DNA of 64,000 nucleotides from Glaucostegus cemiculus (Eukaryota): contig CDPCPM010000207.1 in assembly GCA_976551045.1 (NCBI GenBank), forward strand, positions 5,518,001 to 5,582,000. Direction: 5' to 3'. Both the position numbers and the translations under genes were made by a program. The notes beneath the pieces were generated by a model, which was not told the origin of the DNA, ran no database searches, and saw nothing but the letters and a program-made list of their open reading frames with translations. This document shows, piece by piece, positions 13,291 to 25,099 of the stretch; position 1 is the first letter of the stretch; each line of letters begins with the position of its first letter.

Positions 13291-16200
13291 ATTTTTCCTC
13301 ATAGTTCCAACTTTTCATTCCTGGCAACCTGCAATTACGTCTGGTCTGTAATGTGGCAGCTAGAATTGCCTGTCGTATTAAAGCTTTGTTGTATCAGTTC
13401 AAGCGTAATCTACCTGCTTACATTATATGCTTTGGCTAATAAAGGAAAACAACTCACGCGTCTTTCTAGCCATCTCATTAACCTGCCCTGCTACCGATAA
13501 GGATCATATTGTTAATGACTGTCCGGTAAGCTCAGACAAGAACAACGTATGGCTGGCAAAGAGGCAATTGTATGGCTTGGCGATAACAAATCTTCTGACT
13601 AACTGATTGAACCAACCTTGAGTTACATCATTATAAAATTAAATATTCAAAAAGAATGGATCTTCTACTGAACATCAGAGTCTGAGTGTTTACTGAAATG
13701 AACAATATCCTACCAAGATGTTTATTACAAATCTGAAATTTGTAAAAAGCACATATGGCTCATTGTGACTCAATATTCCTGCTTTGTGATCAGTATGTGC
13801 GCTTCTCTTCACTGTTATTTCATGGTCATAGCACCACCTACTGAAGCAATACTGCATTATGTCATTTTCAAGATGCATGAACAATGCACTACAACATTTC
13901 TTTGTATGTCCGTGTCTCTATTTATAAGAACAAGCAGAGGCACAACCAGGATCCATTTTCTAACTTCTGCAAGACACTGCACTTCATAAGTATTGCAAGA
14001 TCACAACCAGTGGAGTTGGTCATTTACTAATGGAATAGACTACAGTAGAGTCAGTGATAGAAAGCAAGCCCAGATGTAGTGATTTTATAAATTGAGTATA
14101 ACTGCAAATAGCAATGTTCATTTGATGCAATATTGTTTGCTGTCATTTTCGCAACAGATATTAAATGTCTTCTTAGAAAACGTGCTATTAAGGATCAGCA
14201 CCCTATTTTGCAAACAGATACTCTTTCAGGAATACGACAAAATTAAATAACTGAGAGTACAGAAGGAAGTTTTTGTTTCAGCTGATCAACCTGGTAGATG
14301 AAGCTTAATTGTTGTTTTGAAGCATTCACCATAAATTTACCAAACAATATGATGACTGCAGGTAGGAGCAGCATCCATTTCTAAATGAAGTTCTAATTAA
14401 ATTGCAGACCCATCTCATGTTTCCATCTGAACAACTCAATTGCTTCAAGAGATGTTTAGAATTGTAATTCAAGTTGCAGTGCATTTGGATGGTTAAAATG
14501 AATGTGAAAATATCACCTTACAGCTGAGTTTAATTCCTTCCCATCTGTCAACTTTTTACTACGGACGTCTGGTCCTTTGCAACTAGGTTCAGATTTCCTT
14601 GTTGTTTTGCTCATCAACACAGTTAAATTCTGTAGGGTTAGTTTATCAGAATAATTATTCGTAATAGCATCACAACTCTGCATATTCCATCAGTGCAAAT
14701 TTAGCCATCTTAGATTTTAAAAGACAATGGTACAGGACAAATATACATCCCGTCTTGGAATACATCAGTCAAGGCTGACAAGAGTGCAGGATCTGAGAGA
14801 AATGGAAACGAGCGAAAGGAAATCTAATAAATGGGCAAAACACAGAACTTGTAGATACAGAACGGAGTGATATGGCACCTGAACTGTTGTTTGGTGGCTG
14901 ATAGGTGTGCATCCTATGAACTGGGTTCAAAAGGGTTTTTCCCTTTTGCAGCTTTTAGGCAGTCTCTTGAAAGGACAGATCTGCATACTACGTCCAGAAC
15001 CTAGGACTAAGTGTGGAAAGTGAGAGTGTACTTCAAGACTCTGCCAAGATAACAACTTCAGTGTCATGTGTGTGTAGAGGCCCTGGACTGTTTGTCAATT
15101 ATTTTGAAATTTACAGATCATTCAGGCTAAGCCTTTAAAGTACCTCATGCATATCAGATAGAGTAGAGAATAAATAAACTGGCTGGCTAAGTAATCTATT
15201 GGTCCTCCCCAGGTTATGAATGGCCAACTTATGTACAGCCCATACATATGAATGAGTGTTTGGGAGCCAGTGTGATAGATTTGCTGACTGCTACGCGGCT
15301 GCAGGCACCTTCTGTCAAGTGGGGACTAGGGTCTGTGGCAATATCATTGTATCTTGCAGTGAAATCTGAATGATTGAGTTAAATGCACTGTCTTCAACTT
15401 TATATTGCCCTTTGTTGGCCTATGTTTTAATTTAAATATATTGCCAGGAGACCATATTTCCGACTTGAAAACTGTTTGGCATATGAAGAGTTCTCAGGAA
15501 TGGGATGTTGTCATAACCTGGAGAGGACGTATATTTCCATTTTGTAATTTCTAAGTAAACAATAAAACACACCTTTTAGATGCAAAAGTATAAATAGAAG
15601 CTTGTTGCAATCACACCTTTCAGAGGATTACATCTCAGGGTATTTTAACATGGAACAACTAATGCAAGGTTGGCCTTTTGGCTACATGTGCTCCCACAGC
15701 TGCCAAAAACAATTCATTTTGACCAAGGGGTCAAAATCTAGATCTGGTAAAAAGCTTACACATCTTCTGTGCCATAAAAGTAACTGCCACCATCTATAGA
15801 CCAGCATCCTTGGTTGATGTCAGCTTGGGACAGATCATATCAAACACAGGCTGATCTGGTTGCATATATTCCTACGGAATACATCCGTCAACTGAGGGTT
15901 TGAAGAATTTCCAGGAAATTACTCATCCCCAAGTTAAGGTTCTGAAAAAGACTTCATCTCCTAGTTATAGTAGGAGATTAAAAAAATCAAATTATCTGAA
16001 AAAACAACAATAATGCAGATTGACTAGAGGAAAATAATGCAGTCTCCTTGAAATGCAACAGAAGTTTAAAACAGATCAGGAAATGCTGCACTTCCCAATA
16101 GAGTTCATCATTAATGCCAATGACACAGTTTGAAGTGCACCTAATTTTAACTTACTCAAGGAATGAACATTAGTTCTTTGGGACAAACCACAAAGAAACT

Positions 16201-17219
16201 TGTACTTCCATTGCAGCTGTTTTTATTTAAGTCTGTAACGCCATCACCAGCTATATGTCCTCGAAATTATGCCTAGTCTTATGCTAACATCAGGTCTAGT
16301 AAATAGGGCCCAGAAAACAGATTTGATATATCTTGCTTTGAGAAAAAAAAGATAACTTGTGCAAAGCTCAGGTCTTCTGCTTCTTAAACAAAAATGAAAA
16401 ATTCTCAGCAATGTTTCTAATCGATAGCTTAATATTTCCCTGTAGAGAAAACAAAGATGCAAATGTATAATGCATGGATGTGTTGGCTAATACCACTAAA
16501 TATTGTTGAGATCCAACCTGCCATCAATCAGGAAACTGAATGAGGACTATTGTCTGCCAGTCTGAAGAGAATATCGTGTAGAATATTTACAGATTCTCGC
16601 TAGGGAAAGGGCAAATGTTATTGATGAATTTATCTGTGCTTCATGGCAAGGGACATTAATTCTCAGAAATGGAGCCAGTATCAACATCGAGTGCTCCCCA
16701 GTGAGGCAGAGAATGTGTTCAATGCAGAGTGAAGTTCCCTCTACAATGTTCAATCAAGTATTCCCAGGACACATCAATTCTATCTCTCCTACAATATCAA
16801 TGAACCAGTGCCAAAAAAAAAAATCACATAGCAGTCTGTACTACAATAACATGGCATTTTCATTTCTCACACCAACCATCTCTGTAGGCTCTCTAAAGTT
16901 GCAATCAGAATGCTTGGTCCTGTGAGACCACGTTTACTATTATTTAAACTAACACTGCCCAAACTTATCTCACGTCAAACCCATACGGCTGGCAGAATGC
17001 AAATATGTTATACCTCTTTAGATTGATTGGAGTCTTCAGCAGAAGGGACCACTGTGTAATCAAGTCCGTAAAGGAAGTTTGGTGAACCTTGGACTTGAGG
17101 ATTAGTGGATCTTATAAAAGGTTTCACAGTTCCTCAGATGCAGCAATGATAGGCTGAGCTCACTCATTATAAAGATTCAAGTTAAATATCTACATTAAGG
17201 ACAAGAAGTGCTGCTTTAC

Positions 17220-17349
17220 CGCTGCTGCTGAAATGCCGGCCGTCTGAGCAGCAATTGGGGTTCCTTTCTTTGCATTCTTAAAGCCTTCAGTACCACATGA
17301 AGTCCGCACCATACTTTGTCCATCGTGGGTAGTAACCTGAATGTGTGTG
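17220..17349 (-). CDS. MRPS11: MRPS11 coding exon 4: (N)[43 protein letters not shown]
   Basis: SCGTEGF.NAKKGT..AAQTAGI matches vertebrate MRPS11; AG/GT boundaries; 130 bp, phase 2/0. Confidence 0.97.
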
Positions 17350-18388
17350 CTTTGAAAAATACAATAGTGAGTGTGAGATGGAAACAGATAGGAAAATAAT
17401 CAATAGAAATTTGTTAACCACCTTAATTACCACAAATTTATTTTAATTGAGATAAAGAATGTTAATTGCTGATGCACAATCCCATGTCAATTATAGCAGA
17501 GTTCACAAAGACTAAAAGATGGCTCCTCCCTATCTGGGCTGCAAGAGACCCTGATCTCAGACTATATTGTGGCGCTTTTTCTATTTCCTACAAAATTCAC
17601 GTTAGGACCTCCTAGATAAGATCTCTAACTGGTACCAAACTAGGAATAGTTTAGTGGTTCTGCTGCCTGAGATGACGCAACAGTCATTTCAGCCAGCAGA
17701 AGAAACTACCAACCCGAACCAAGGTATCAGAGGCAGATGGACTACAGCAGTCAATGTAATGAAGGTAGGGAGAGAGGGAAAGTGATAGAGCACAGGGTGA
17801 AGTTGGGATTAAAGAGAAGGTAGAATTTTGATAGACATTATGTTCTGTATTGACTGCCTTGAATTATTATTATTGATTACATTTGGTTGTTCACTCTAGC
17901 GTGGCTCAGTGTTAATTTTGTTTAATATCATCTGGGCAGTTTTTATTTTAACAGTTCTATTTAAATGGAAGTCACTGTTTTTGAGGCACAATACATTCCT
18001 TACACCACTTGGAAGGTTTTAGTGCAGTACTGATTTTGTACAGTCATTTCTTCTCCTCTCACTAGTTTGCTCCCATCAAACTTTGCTCCTGAGGGCATAG
18101 GTTTTGCCAATGACCCTGAATGAGTCTTAAAGTGGATTTCCACACCCCCACCACATGGGCAACAAGTGTTTTGGAGTTTTGATTGTGACATTCACTAAGC
18201 CAAGCCCAATTCTGTCCCCAACTAATACTCAGGTACACATTTATGAGTAAGAATCAAGGCAGAGCAACAGGAATCCCTGCTAATGTTTCCTCTTTTTTAA
18301 CCCAGAGTATCAAAGGTGATAATAACGTTGCAACCAAGATGTGGCTTAGCTTCAAAAACCTTGATTTATTTAGATTATCATGACTTAC

Positions 18389-18487
18389 TTATTATATGTT
18401 GCCTTGACATGCACTATATGTAGATCTTCATACTTTTTGCCTTCCCAACGCAAAGAGCTCTCCTGTCCTGGCACTGGAGGTAGGATA
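18389..18487 (-). CDS. MRPS11: MRPS11 coding exon 3: (S)[32 protein letters not shown](N)
   Basis: Matches human [34 protein letters not shown]; tag acceptor and GTAAGT donor; 99 bp, phase 2/2. Confidence 0.97.
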
Positions 18488-19259
18488 CTACAAATAACAC
18501 AGAAATAATATTAATTTCATTACACAAATAATTAATAGACAAACAAAACACTACCTCAAATGTTATCTCCCCCTCAAATCACCTGTAATAAACAAAAGCC
18601 ATTTGGTTCATTATATTCCTGCCCAATATTATTATTCATTATTATTACACAATTGACACTGTACTGAACTTCTGCATTCATGATTCGCCATTGATAAGTA
18701 ATTACAAGCTCAGAGTGATCAATAATGAGGCTCATTACTTTGAGAGGACAAGTGGAATGAATTCATTTCACAAATTCTTTCGGAGGAATTTTTAAACCAG
18801 CCCCATCCACCTATCCAGGCAGATGCAAAAGGCTAATCTATGCCTTCACAGCTGCACTCTACAAGATGTGGTGGGAAAAATCAAAGGTAAGCTAAACGGT
18901 CACTTTCAAACAAGGATCAGTAGATGGTGAACTTGGATAATTTTTCTCCTCACCAGTCAAACTAAAGTCTGTGCTGTCAGCTACAATGCATGCCAGGTAG
19001 ATCACACAACACTAAAATACTAGGATATTTGGTGAAGTCCTCTGCTATCATCAGACAGAAAAATTTGATATCTTTTGCCCAGTTCAAAGACAGATTTAGC
19101 AATTTTAAAAAACCTCTAAACGATGTAAACAAGTTCAGCTACCACTGCAAAAAATGGGGCTGGCTCCACATGAAAGACCAGATCAAATTGCAAATGGCCT
19201 TTATCAAAATCCTATTCCAAAGCAGAGGAACAGTACTGTTCATTTTTTAAATGTTAGAA

Positions 19260-19505
19260 TTTTTTTTTTTATTTACAGCGCGGTAACAGGCCCTTTCGGC
19301 CCAACGAGTCCGCGCCACCCATTTTAAACCCCTAAATTAACCTACCCGTACGCCTTTTAGAATGTGGGAGGAAACCGGAGCACCCGGAGGAAACCCACGC
19401 AGACACGGGAGAATGTACAAACTCCTTACAGACAGCAATGGGAATCGAACCCCGATCGCTGGCGCTAACAGCGTCACGCTAACTGCTACACTATCGTGCC
19501 GCCCC
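19260..19505 (-). mobile_element. Young V-SINE (HE1-like) with CR1-type tail
   Basis: Close reverse-complement match to 7064-7289, CpG retained, poly(A) tail. Confidence 0.9.
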
Positions 19506-19589
19506 TTGTTGGCTACTAAGGAAACTGTACTATCTGGATCAAAATTAAGCATTGGTTACCCTAATGAAGCTGGTAAAGAGACTGAATAC

Positions 19590-19718
19590 CTGAAGTCTGC
19601 TGACTGACTGGATTGTGTTAGCTGTGTAGAAGCTCCCTCCTTTTCTGCTGTTTCCGGTTGCTGCTGTAAACTTGTTTGTATTAATCGGCACTGGGCTTCC
19701 AATGAATTAACATGAGAA
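19590..19718 (-). CDS. MRPS11: MRPS11 coding exon 2: SHVNSLEAQCRLIQTSLQQQPETAEKEGASTQLTQSSQSADF(S)
   Basis: Open frame between cag and GTATTC; 129 bp, phase 2/2, compatible with exons 1 and 3; ends F-S as in human. This presequence region is poorly conserved. Confidence 0.85.
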
Positions 19719-20469
19719 CTGGCAGAAGAAAACATGAACTAATTAGCACTAACATAAATAAAACTCCACACTGGAGAGATACAGAAAATGAACTGAATTT
19801 ACATTAATATTTGTAACTCATGTCAGTGAACCATGTGCATATCTGCAGAGCACCTTAACACGCTCATGAATTCCTGATTTCACTGGTTCCACTCTGATTA
19901 AGTATGTGAAGACCACCATATATAAAGCAGAACTGAAAACTGCAGTATTCTCAGAGAGAATCCTTTTTGAATACGGCATTTTATGCAATGTACCTCATAA
20001 ACAGATTTAGGCAGGCGATAAAAATCTCATGGTTCAATTACAAGAGAAGAGGTCTCCATGCCCTGGCAAATATTCTTCCTCAGCTGCTAATTAAAAACGG
20101 ATTAGTTGGCCATTCAACAACATCTTGTTTATAAGTAGTAGATTGATACAAAGCCAGGAAGGAAATTCTGGACAAGGAGACGCAGAGCTTTGTACAATCA
20201 GTTCTGAGAGCTTTCAACTTATGGCCTGAGGTGTTTCCACAAACAATGGAGGAAAAGACTGGGGGATGCAAAGAAGACTTCAGTCACAATAACAGGAAGT
20301 TTTGTAGGTGTTTAGAGCAGACTGCAGACTAAATCTCAGGTGTGGACTTGGAAGCATTTATGGTCAGAAATGCTGTTTGACAGAGCAAAGGACAATATAG
20401 ACTAGAAAGATCAGAATCCTTGAAAAATGTAGGACAAGTTTTTCTTTTATGAATGAAACATTTATCATG

Positions 20470-20620
20470 AATAGTAAGAAAGTGTACCTTTCATAAATCA
20501 GGATATCCTAAACCAATTAACATTTTTAAGTACTATTCATTGATGTTATATAGAGGAGACAACAAACAATTTGTTCACAGCAAGCTCCTGCAAACAGCAG
20601 TGATATAGAGACCGGCAATC
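20470..20620 (-). mobile_element. Deu-type SINE 3' remnant
   Basis: CAATTTGTTCACAGCAAGCTCCTGCAAACAGCA is the reverse complement of the tail at ~46745-46790. Confidence 0.55.
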
Positions 20621-21092
20621 TAAAAGCAATAACCTCCAGATGTCAAAAATCTAAGAGAATGCTGGAAATACTCAGGTCAGGTAACATCAATGGTGAAAGA
20701 AATTTAAAAAAAAACAGAAACTGTTGAAACCACTCAGCAAATCAGACAGCATCTACAGAAAGAAAAAGAATTAATGGTTCAGGCTGAAGACTCTTCATCA
20801 GAACTGGGAAAAACAGAAAAACTAATTAGATACAAGCCGCAGAGAGGACAGGGAAGGGATGATTAGGATAAATAGGTTAAGGGGGACAGTGAGAGGGTGA
20901 TAATGTAAAGAAAGACTGGAGGACCTCTACAACTTATCCCCAAGGCATTCTGGGTCTCACTCTAATCCAAATGTTCCCTCTGTCCTATCCAACTCTCCCT
21001 CTACCTTCTCTGCAGCCTAAAACTAACTTGTTTTTCTTTGCTTCCCAGTTCTGACAGAGGGACTTCAACCTGAAATGTTAACTCTGTTTCTC

Positions 21093-21971
21093 GTCGGAGC
21101 TCGTCGGAGGCGGCACCGTCTTGAAGGCCCGGGAGCCTCGTGGTGGCGTCGGGATGCGGGCGGTGAGGGGGCTGCTCGGGCCGGAGGTGGTCGGCCTGCG
21201 GAGTCGGAATTCGGGTCGGAGGTCGTCGGACTGCGAGGCTGGAATTCGGGTCGGAGGTCGTCGGCCTGCGGAGTCGGAATTCGGGTCGGAGGTTGTCGGA
21301 CTGCGAGGCCGGAGTTCGGGGCCGGAGGTCGTCGGACTGCGAGGCCGGAGTTCGGGGCCGGAGGTCGTCGGAATGCGAGGCCGGAATTCGGGTCGGAGGT
21401 CGTCGGACTGCGAGGCCGGAATTCGGGGCCGGAGGTGGTCGGACTGTGGGCCGGAGGTGGTCGGACTGTGGGCCGGAGGTGGTCGGACTGTGGGCCGGAG
21501 GTGGTCGGACTGTGGGCTGGAGGTGGTGCCGGAGGCGAAGGAGCCGGAGGTGGTCGGACTGTGGGCCGGAGGTGGTCGGACTGTGGGCCGGGGGTTGTTG
21601 ATGGTCTGTGGGCCCTGAGGTTGTAGGACTGGGGGGGTTGGAGGTGGTCGTCGGTGCGGGGTGAGGCAGGGGGGCTGTTAATGTTTTGATGTTTTTGTCC
21701 AGGTGTCCTTTGTTGTCTTTGATGTCTTTTGCACATGTATACGTGTAAGTGAAAATCGATAAATCGATCCTGAATTTAAGTTCAATCCCCTTAGCTTTTA
21801 AGGTGTAATGATCTATACTATGTATTCTGCCAAGTGTGTATGTGTCTCTGTTGGTTGTAATGTCATTTTTTTGTATGGGATGAGACCATGAGGAGGACGG
21901 TATATCGCTCCTCTGCATACTTTGTATGTATGTGGTTGTGACAATAAAACTGATTCTGGGGTTCTGATTCT
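21093..21971 (+). mobile_element. Non-coding, VNTR-containing retroposon with a Rex1/Babar-type LINE 3' end
   Basis: CpG-rich 35-36 bp and 22 bp tandem units. The last ~140 nt match the LINE tails at 48870-48995 and 60207-60335 (stem-loop, GACAATAAAA, CTGATT repeats). Confidence 0.75.
21181..21590. repeat. Bipartite GC-rich VNTR: ~35-bp CGGAGGTCGTCGGACTGCGAGGCCGGAATTCGGGT, then 22-bp CCGGAGGTGGTCGGACTGTGGG
   Basis: About 7 copies of the long unit, then about 6-7 of the short unit. Confidence 0.95.
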
Positions 21972-22035
21972 TTTTACAGATGTTGCCTGATCTGCTGAAT
22001 GTTTCCAGCACTTTCTGCTTTTATTCAGATTTCCA

Positions 22036-22560
22036 TTGTGTTCAGTTCTGGTGTCCTCATTATAGGAAGGATGTGGAAGCTTTAGCGAGGTTGCAGAGAA
22101 GATTTATCAGGATGTTGCCTGGACTGGAGAGCATGTCTTATGAGGATAGGTTGAGTGAGCTAGGGATTTTCTCTTCAGAGAGAAGGAGGTGACTTGATAG
22201 AGGTGTACAAGATGATAAGATGCATAGATCAAGTGGACAGTCAGAGACTTGTTCCCAGAGTGACAATGGCTAAAACAAGGGGACATAATTTTAAGGTGAT
22301 TGGAGGAAGATATAAGGGGGATGTCAGTGGTAAGTTTTTTTTTTACACAGAGAGTGGTGGGTGTGTGGAACACACTTCCTGCAGAGGTTGTGGGGGCAGA
22401 TACATTCGAGGCATTTAAGAGACTCTTAGATAGATACATGAATGATAGAGAAATGGGTGGGCTATGTTGGAGGGAAGGGTAAGATGGATCTTAGAGCAGG
22501 ATAAAATTTCAAAACAACATTGTGGGCTGAAGGGCCTGTACCATGCTATAATGTTCTATG
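22036..22560 (+). mobile_element. CR1 3' fragment
   Basis: CVQFWCPHYRKDVEAL...TRGHNFKV...FFTQRVVGVWNTLP and GTGGGCTGAAGGGCCTGT tail. Confidence 0.92.
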
Positions 22561-22574
22561 AGGTTTTTTGAATT

Positions 22575-24392
22575 TCATTTACTGATAAAATTTACCACCA
22601 GCTCCAACAAGATTCCACCACCAGACACATCTTCCTCTCCCCTTTCAGCATTTCCAAAGGACCGTTTTCCACGACCACCCGGTGTGTTTTACTGTCCCCA
22701 ACAAACACTCATCATCCAATGGCACTTTCTCATGTAACTGCAGGAGATGCAATACCTGTTCTTTCACCTCTTCCCTTCCCACCATCCTGTGGCCCAAACA
22801 GTCCTTCCAGGTGAAGCAGTCATTCACTCGCACTTCTTCCAATCTAATGTACAGCTTATGGCATTCACAATGTGGTCTACCATACGTTGGAGAAATCAAA
22901 CACAGATCAGATGACCACTTTGTGGAGCACCCATGTACAATTGACCTTGAGCTTCTCTTCCCACAGATGTGGGCTATTTAAAAAATGTTCTGCTTTTATT
23001 AGAGCAACTAGTTTTTCTTTTGATTTTCACATTAAGTCTCCATCCCACTCCAATCTCTCTGTGGCTTCCTACAATGTGATAGCAAGACCCAACATAAGCT
23101 TGAGGAATAACACTTCATTTTCCACGAGCACATTGCAGCCTTCTGGACTTGATTTGGAACTCTCCAATTTCAGAGAATTTGCTTTTTCTGTCAGTACCAG
23201 AACTGGTCATTTCTTCCACAAGTCACAGAGTTGTACTGCACAGAAATGGGTCCTTCAGCCCAACTCATCGTGCTTATCATTGTTTCCATCTACATTAATT
23301 CCACTTGCCCACATTAGATCTGTATCCTTCTATGCCTTGCTTATTTAAGTGCCCATCTAAATGTTTCATAAACACAATGATTGTATCCGACTCCACCACA
23401 ACCACCTCTGGTAGCAGGTTCCAGACATCAATCACTCTTTCTGTAAAAAAACTTTGCACTCAAACCTTTAGAACTCCTTCCTCTCATCTTAAACCTATGC
23501 CCTCTTGTTTTTGATACCCTTGCCACGGGAAAAAGATTCTGATTATTTACCCTACCAATGCCCCTTATAATTTTATATACGTCAGTCAGGTCACACATCA
23601 GACTCCTTCAGTCCAGGGAAAACAAACTCAGCCTATCCAATCTTGCACCATGACTGACATCCTCCAATCCAGACAACATCCTGTTGAACCTCCTCTGTAC
23701 TCTCCCTGGTGCAGTCATATCCTTCCTAGAGTCTGGCGACCAGAAATGCACACAATATTCCAAGTGCAGTCTAAACAGAATTTTTAATAAAGTTACAACA
23801 TGACGTTAAGCATACCATATACCTTCATCATCACTCTCTCTTCCTGTGTTGAAGCTTTCAGAGAACTTGGGATGTGAATCTCTTGGTCCCTCTGGTCAAC
23901 ATTCCTTAGCGCTCTACCATTTACTGTATACATGTTCTACCCCTACAAGACTTCCTAAAATGCATTAGTTCACACTTGTCAGGATTAAATGCCACCTGCC
24001 AACACTCTGCCCATCTTTGATACGGGCTCAGTTTTTTTTCTCTCCATTAGCACAGTCTGGTCTGCTGGGCACAAACCAAAGCTCTGCTATTGCAATTCAT
24101 TCTGCTTCTTTGTATGTATTATAACCCTTTAGCTTCCCCCAATAATCATTTTGTCTGGAGGACTCGTATAACCTATCCCCATGTTAACCCTGGCCTCATT
24201 CTATCACAGACATTCCCTTTATCCTATCCTCTCCCCTGCGCTCCATAACTTAAAGGACATCAACCTCAAAACATCCTGATGCAGGGTTTTTACCCAAAAT
24301 ATCGAAAATTCCTTTACCCTCCTTCATAGATGCTGCTCGACCAGATTGTTTGTTGCTCCAGATTCCAGCATCTGCAATCTCTTGTGTCTCAA
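22575..24392 (+). mobile_element. Penelope-like element remnant (GIY-YIG region plus terminal repeat), interrupted by a CR1
   Basis: GTFSCNCRRCNTC...SSNLMYSL..SQCGLPYVGEIKHR..DHFVEH is a Cys-rich linker plus GIY-YIG endonuclease typical of PLEs; terminal-repeat-like sequence resumes at ~24015-24392. Confidence 0.8.
23218..24015 (-). mobile_element. CR1 fragment nested in the PLE
   Basis: Reverse complement of LEYCVHFWSP and KCELMHF motifs, with CR1 3' UTR. Confidence 0.85.
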
Positions 24393-24612
24393 CCTTAAAC
24401 TTTAATTCTGCTTCTCCCTCCAGATTGAGTATTCCCATCGTGCTTTTAATCATAACAAATAACCAGTGATCAAAAGGCCGAATGGCCTCAGCTGTTAAAT
24501 TGGGAGGAAAGAAAGATCTACATTTAAACAGCACCTTCCATCATCTCAGGGCATGCAACATCTGTAGGGCATCATAAAATAAAATGTTACAGTCAATAAA
24601 GAACTTTTGAAG

Positions 24613-25099
24613 CAACACACAAACGTGCTGGAGGAACTCAGCAGTCAGGCAGCATCTGTGAAAGGAAACAGACAGTCGACATTTCAGGTCAAGACGCTTC
24701 ATCTGGGCTGGAAAGAAAGGGGGGGAGATAGCTAGTATAAAAAGATGGGGGGGGGTTGCAAAGAGGGTTGGAGCAAGAACTGGCAGGTGGATGAGGGAGT
24801 GGGGAGTGTGGGAATGATGTCAGAAGCTGGGAGATGATAAGCAGAAGTGACAAAGGGCTGGCCAGCTTCTGACATTGTTCCCACTCTCCCCCCCCCTCGG
24901 ATCCACCCATTACCTGCCAGTGCTTGCCCTGCCCCTTCCCAGCTTTTTATACAGGCTATCCCCACTCTTTCTTTCCAGTCTAGACGAAAGGTCTCCACCT
25001 GAAATGTTGACTGTCCACAGAGGGTGCCTAACCTGCTGAGTTCCTCCAGCTCCTTTGTGCATTGCTCGATTCCCAGCATCTGCAGTCTCTCGTGTCTCC
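24613..25099. mobile_element. Fold-back (palindromic) Penelope-like terminal-repeat insertion with diverged ~15-bp TSD
   Basis: Arms ~24613-24830 and ~24862-25066 are reverse complements; flanked by AAAGAACTTTTGAAG and AAAGAAGTTCTGAAG. Confidence 0.75.

Larger units (their letters stand above)
20705..22035. mobile_element. Inverted pair of Penelope-like terminal repeats; right arm split by a later insertion
   Basis: 20705-~20860 is the reverse complement of ~20985-21092 plus 21972-22035; hammerhead-like cores at 20768-20806 (-) and 21046-21085 (+). Confidence 0.7.

Noticed and set aside
20768-20806. Calling any hammerhead copy an active ribozyme or ncRNA gene
   Set aside because: Each copy has a mismatch in CUGANGA or GAAA, or a broken stem II.
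21001-22011. Pro/Arg-rich ORFs over the VNTR
   Set aside because: Artefacts of GC-rich tandem repeats.
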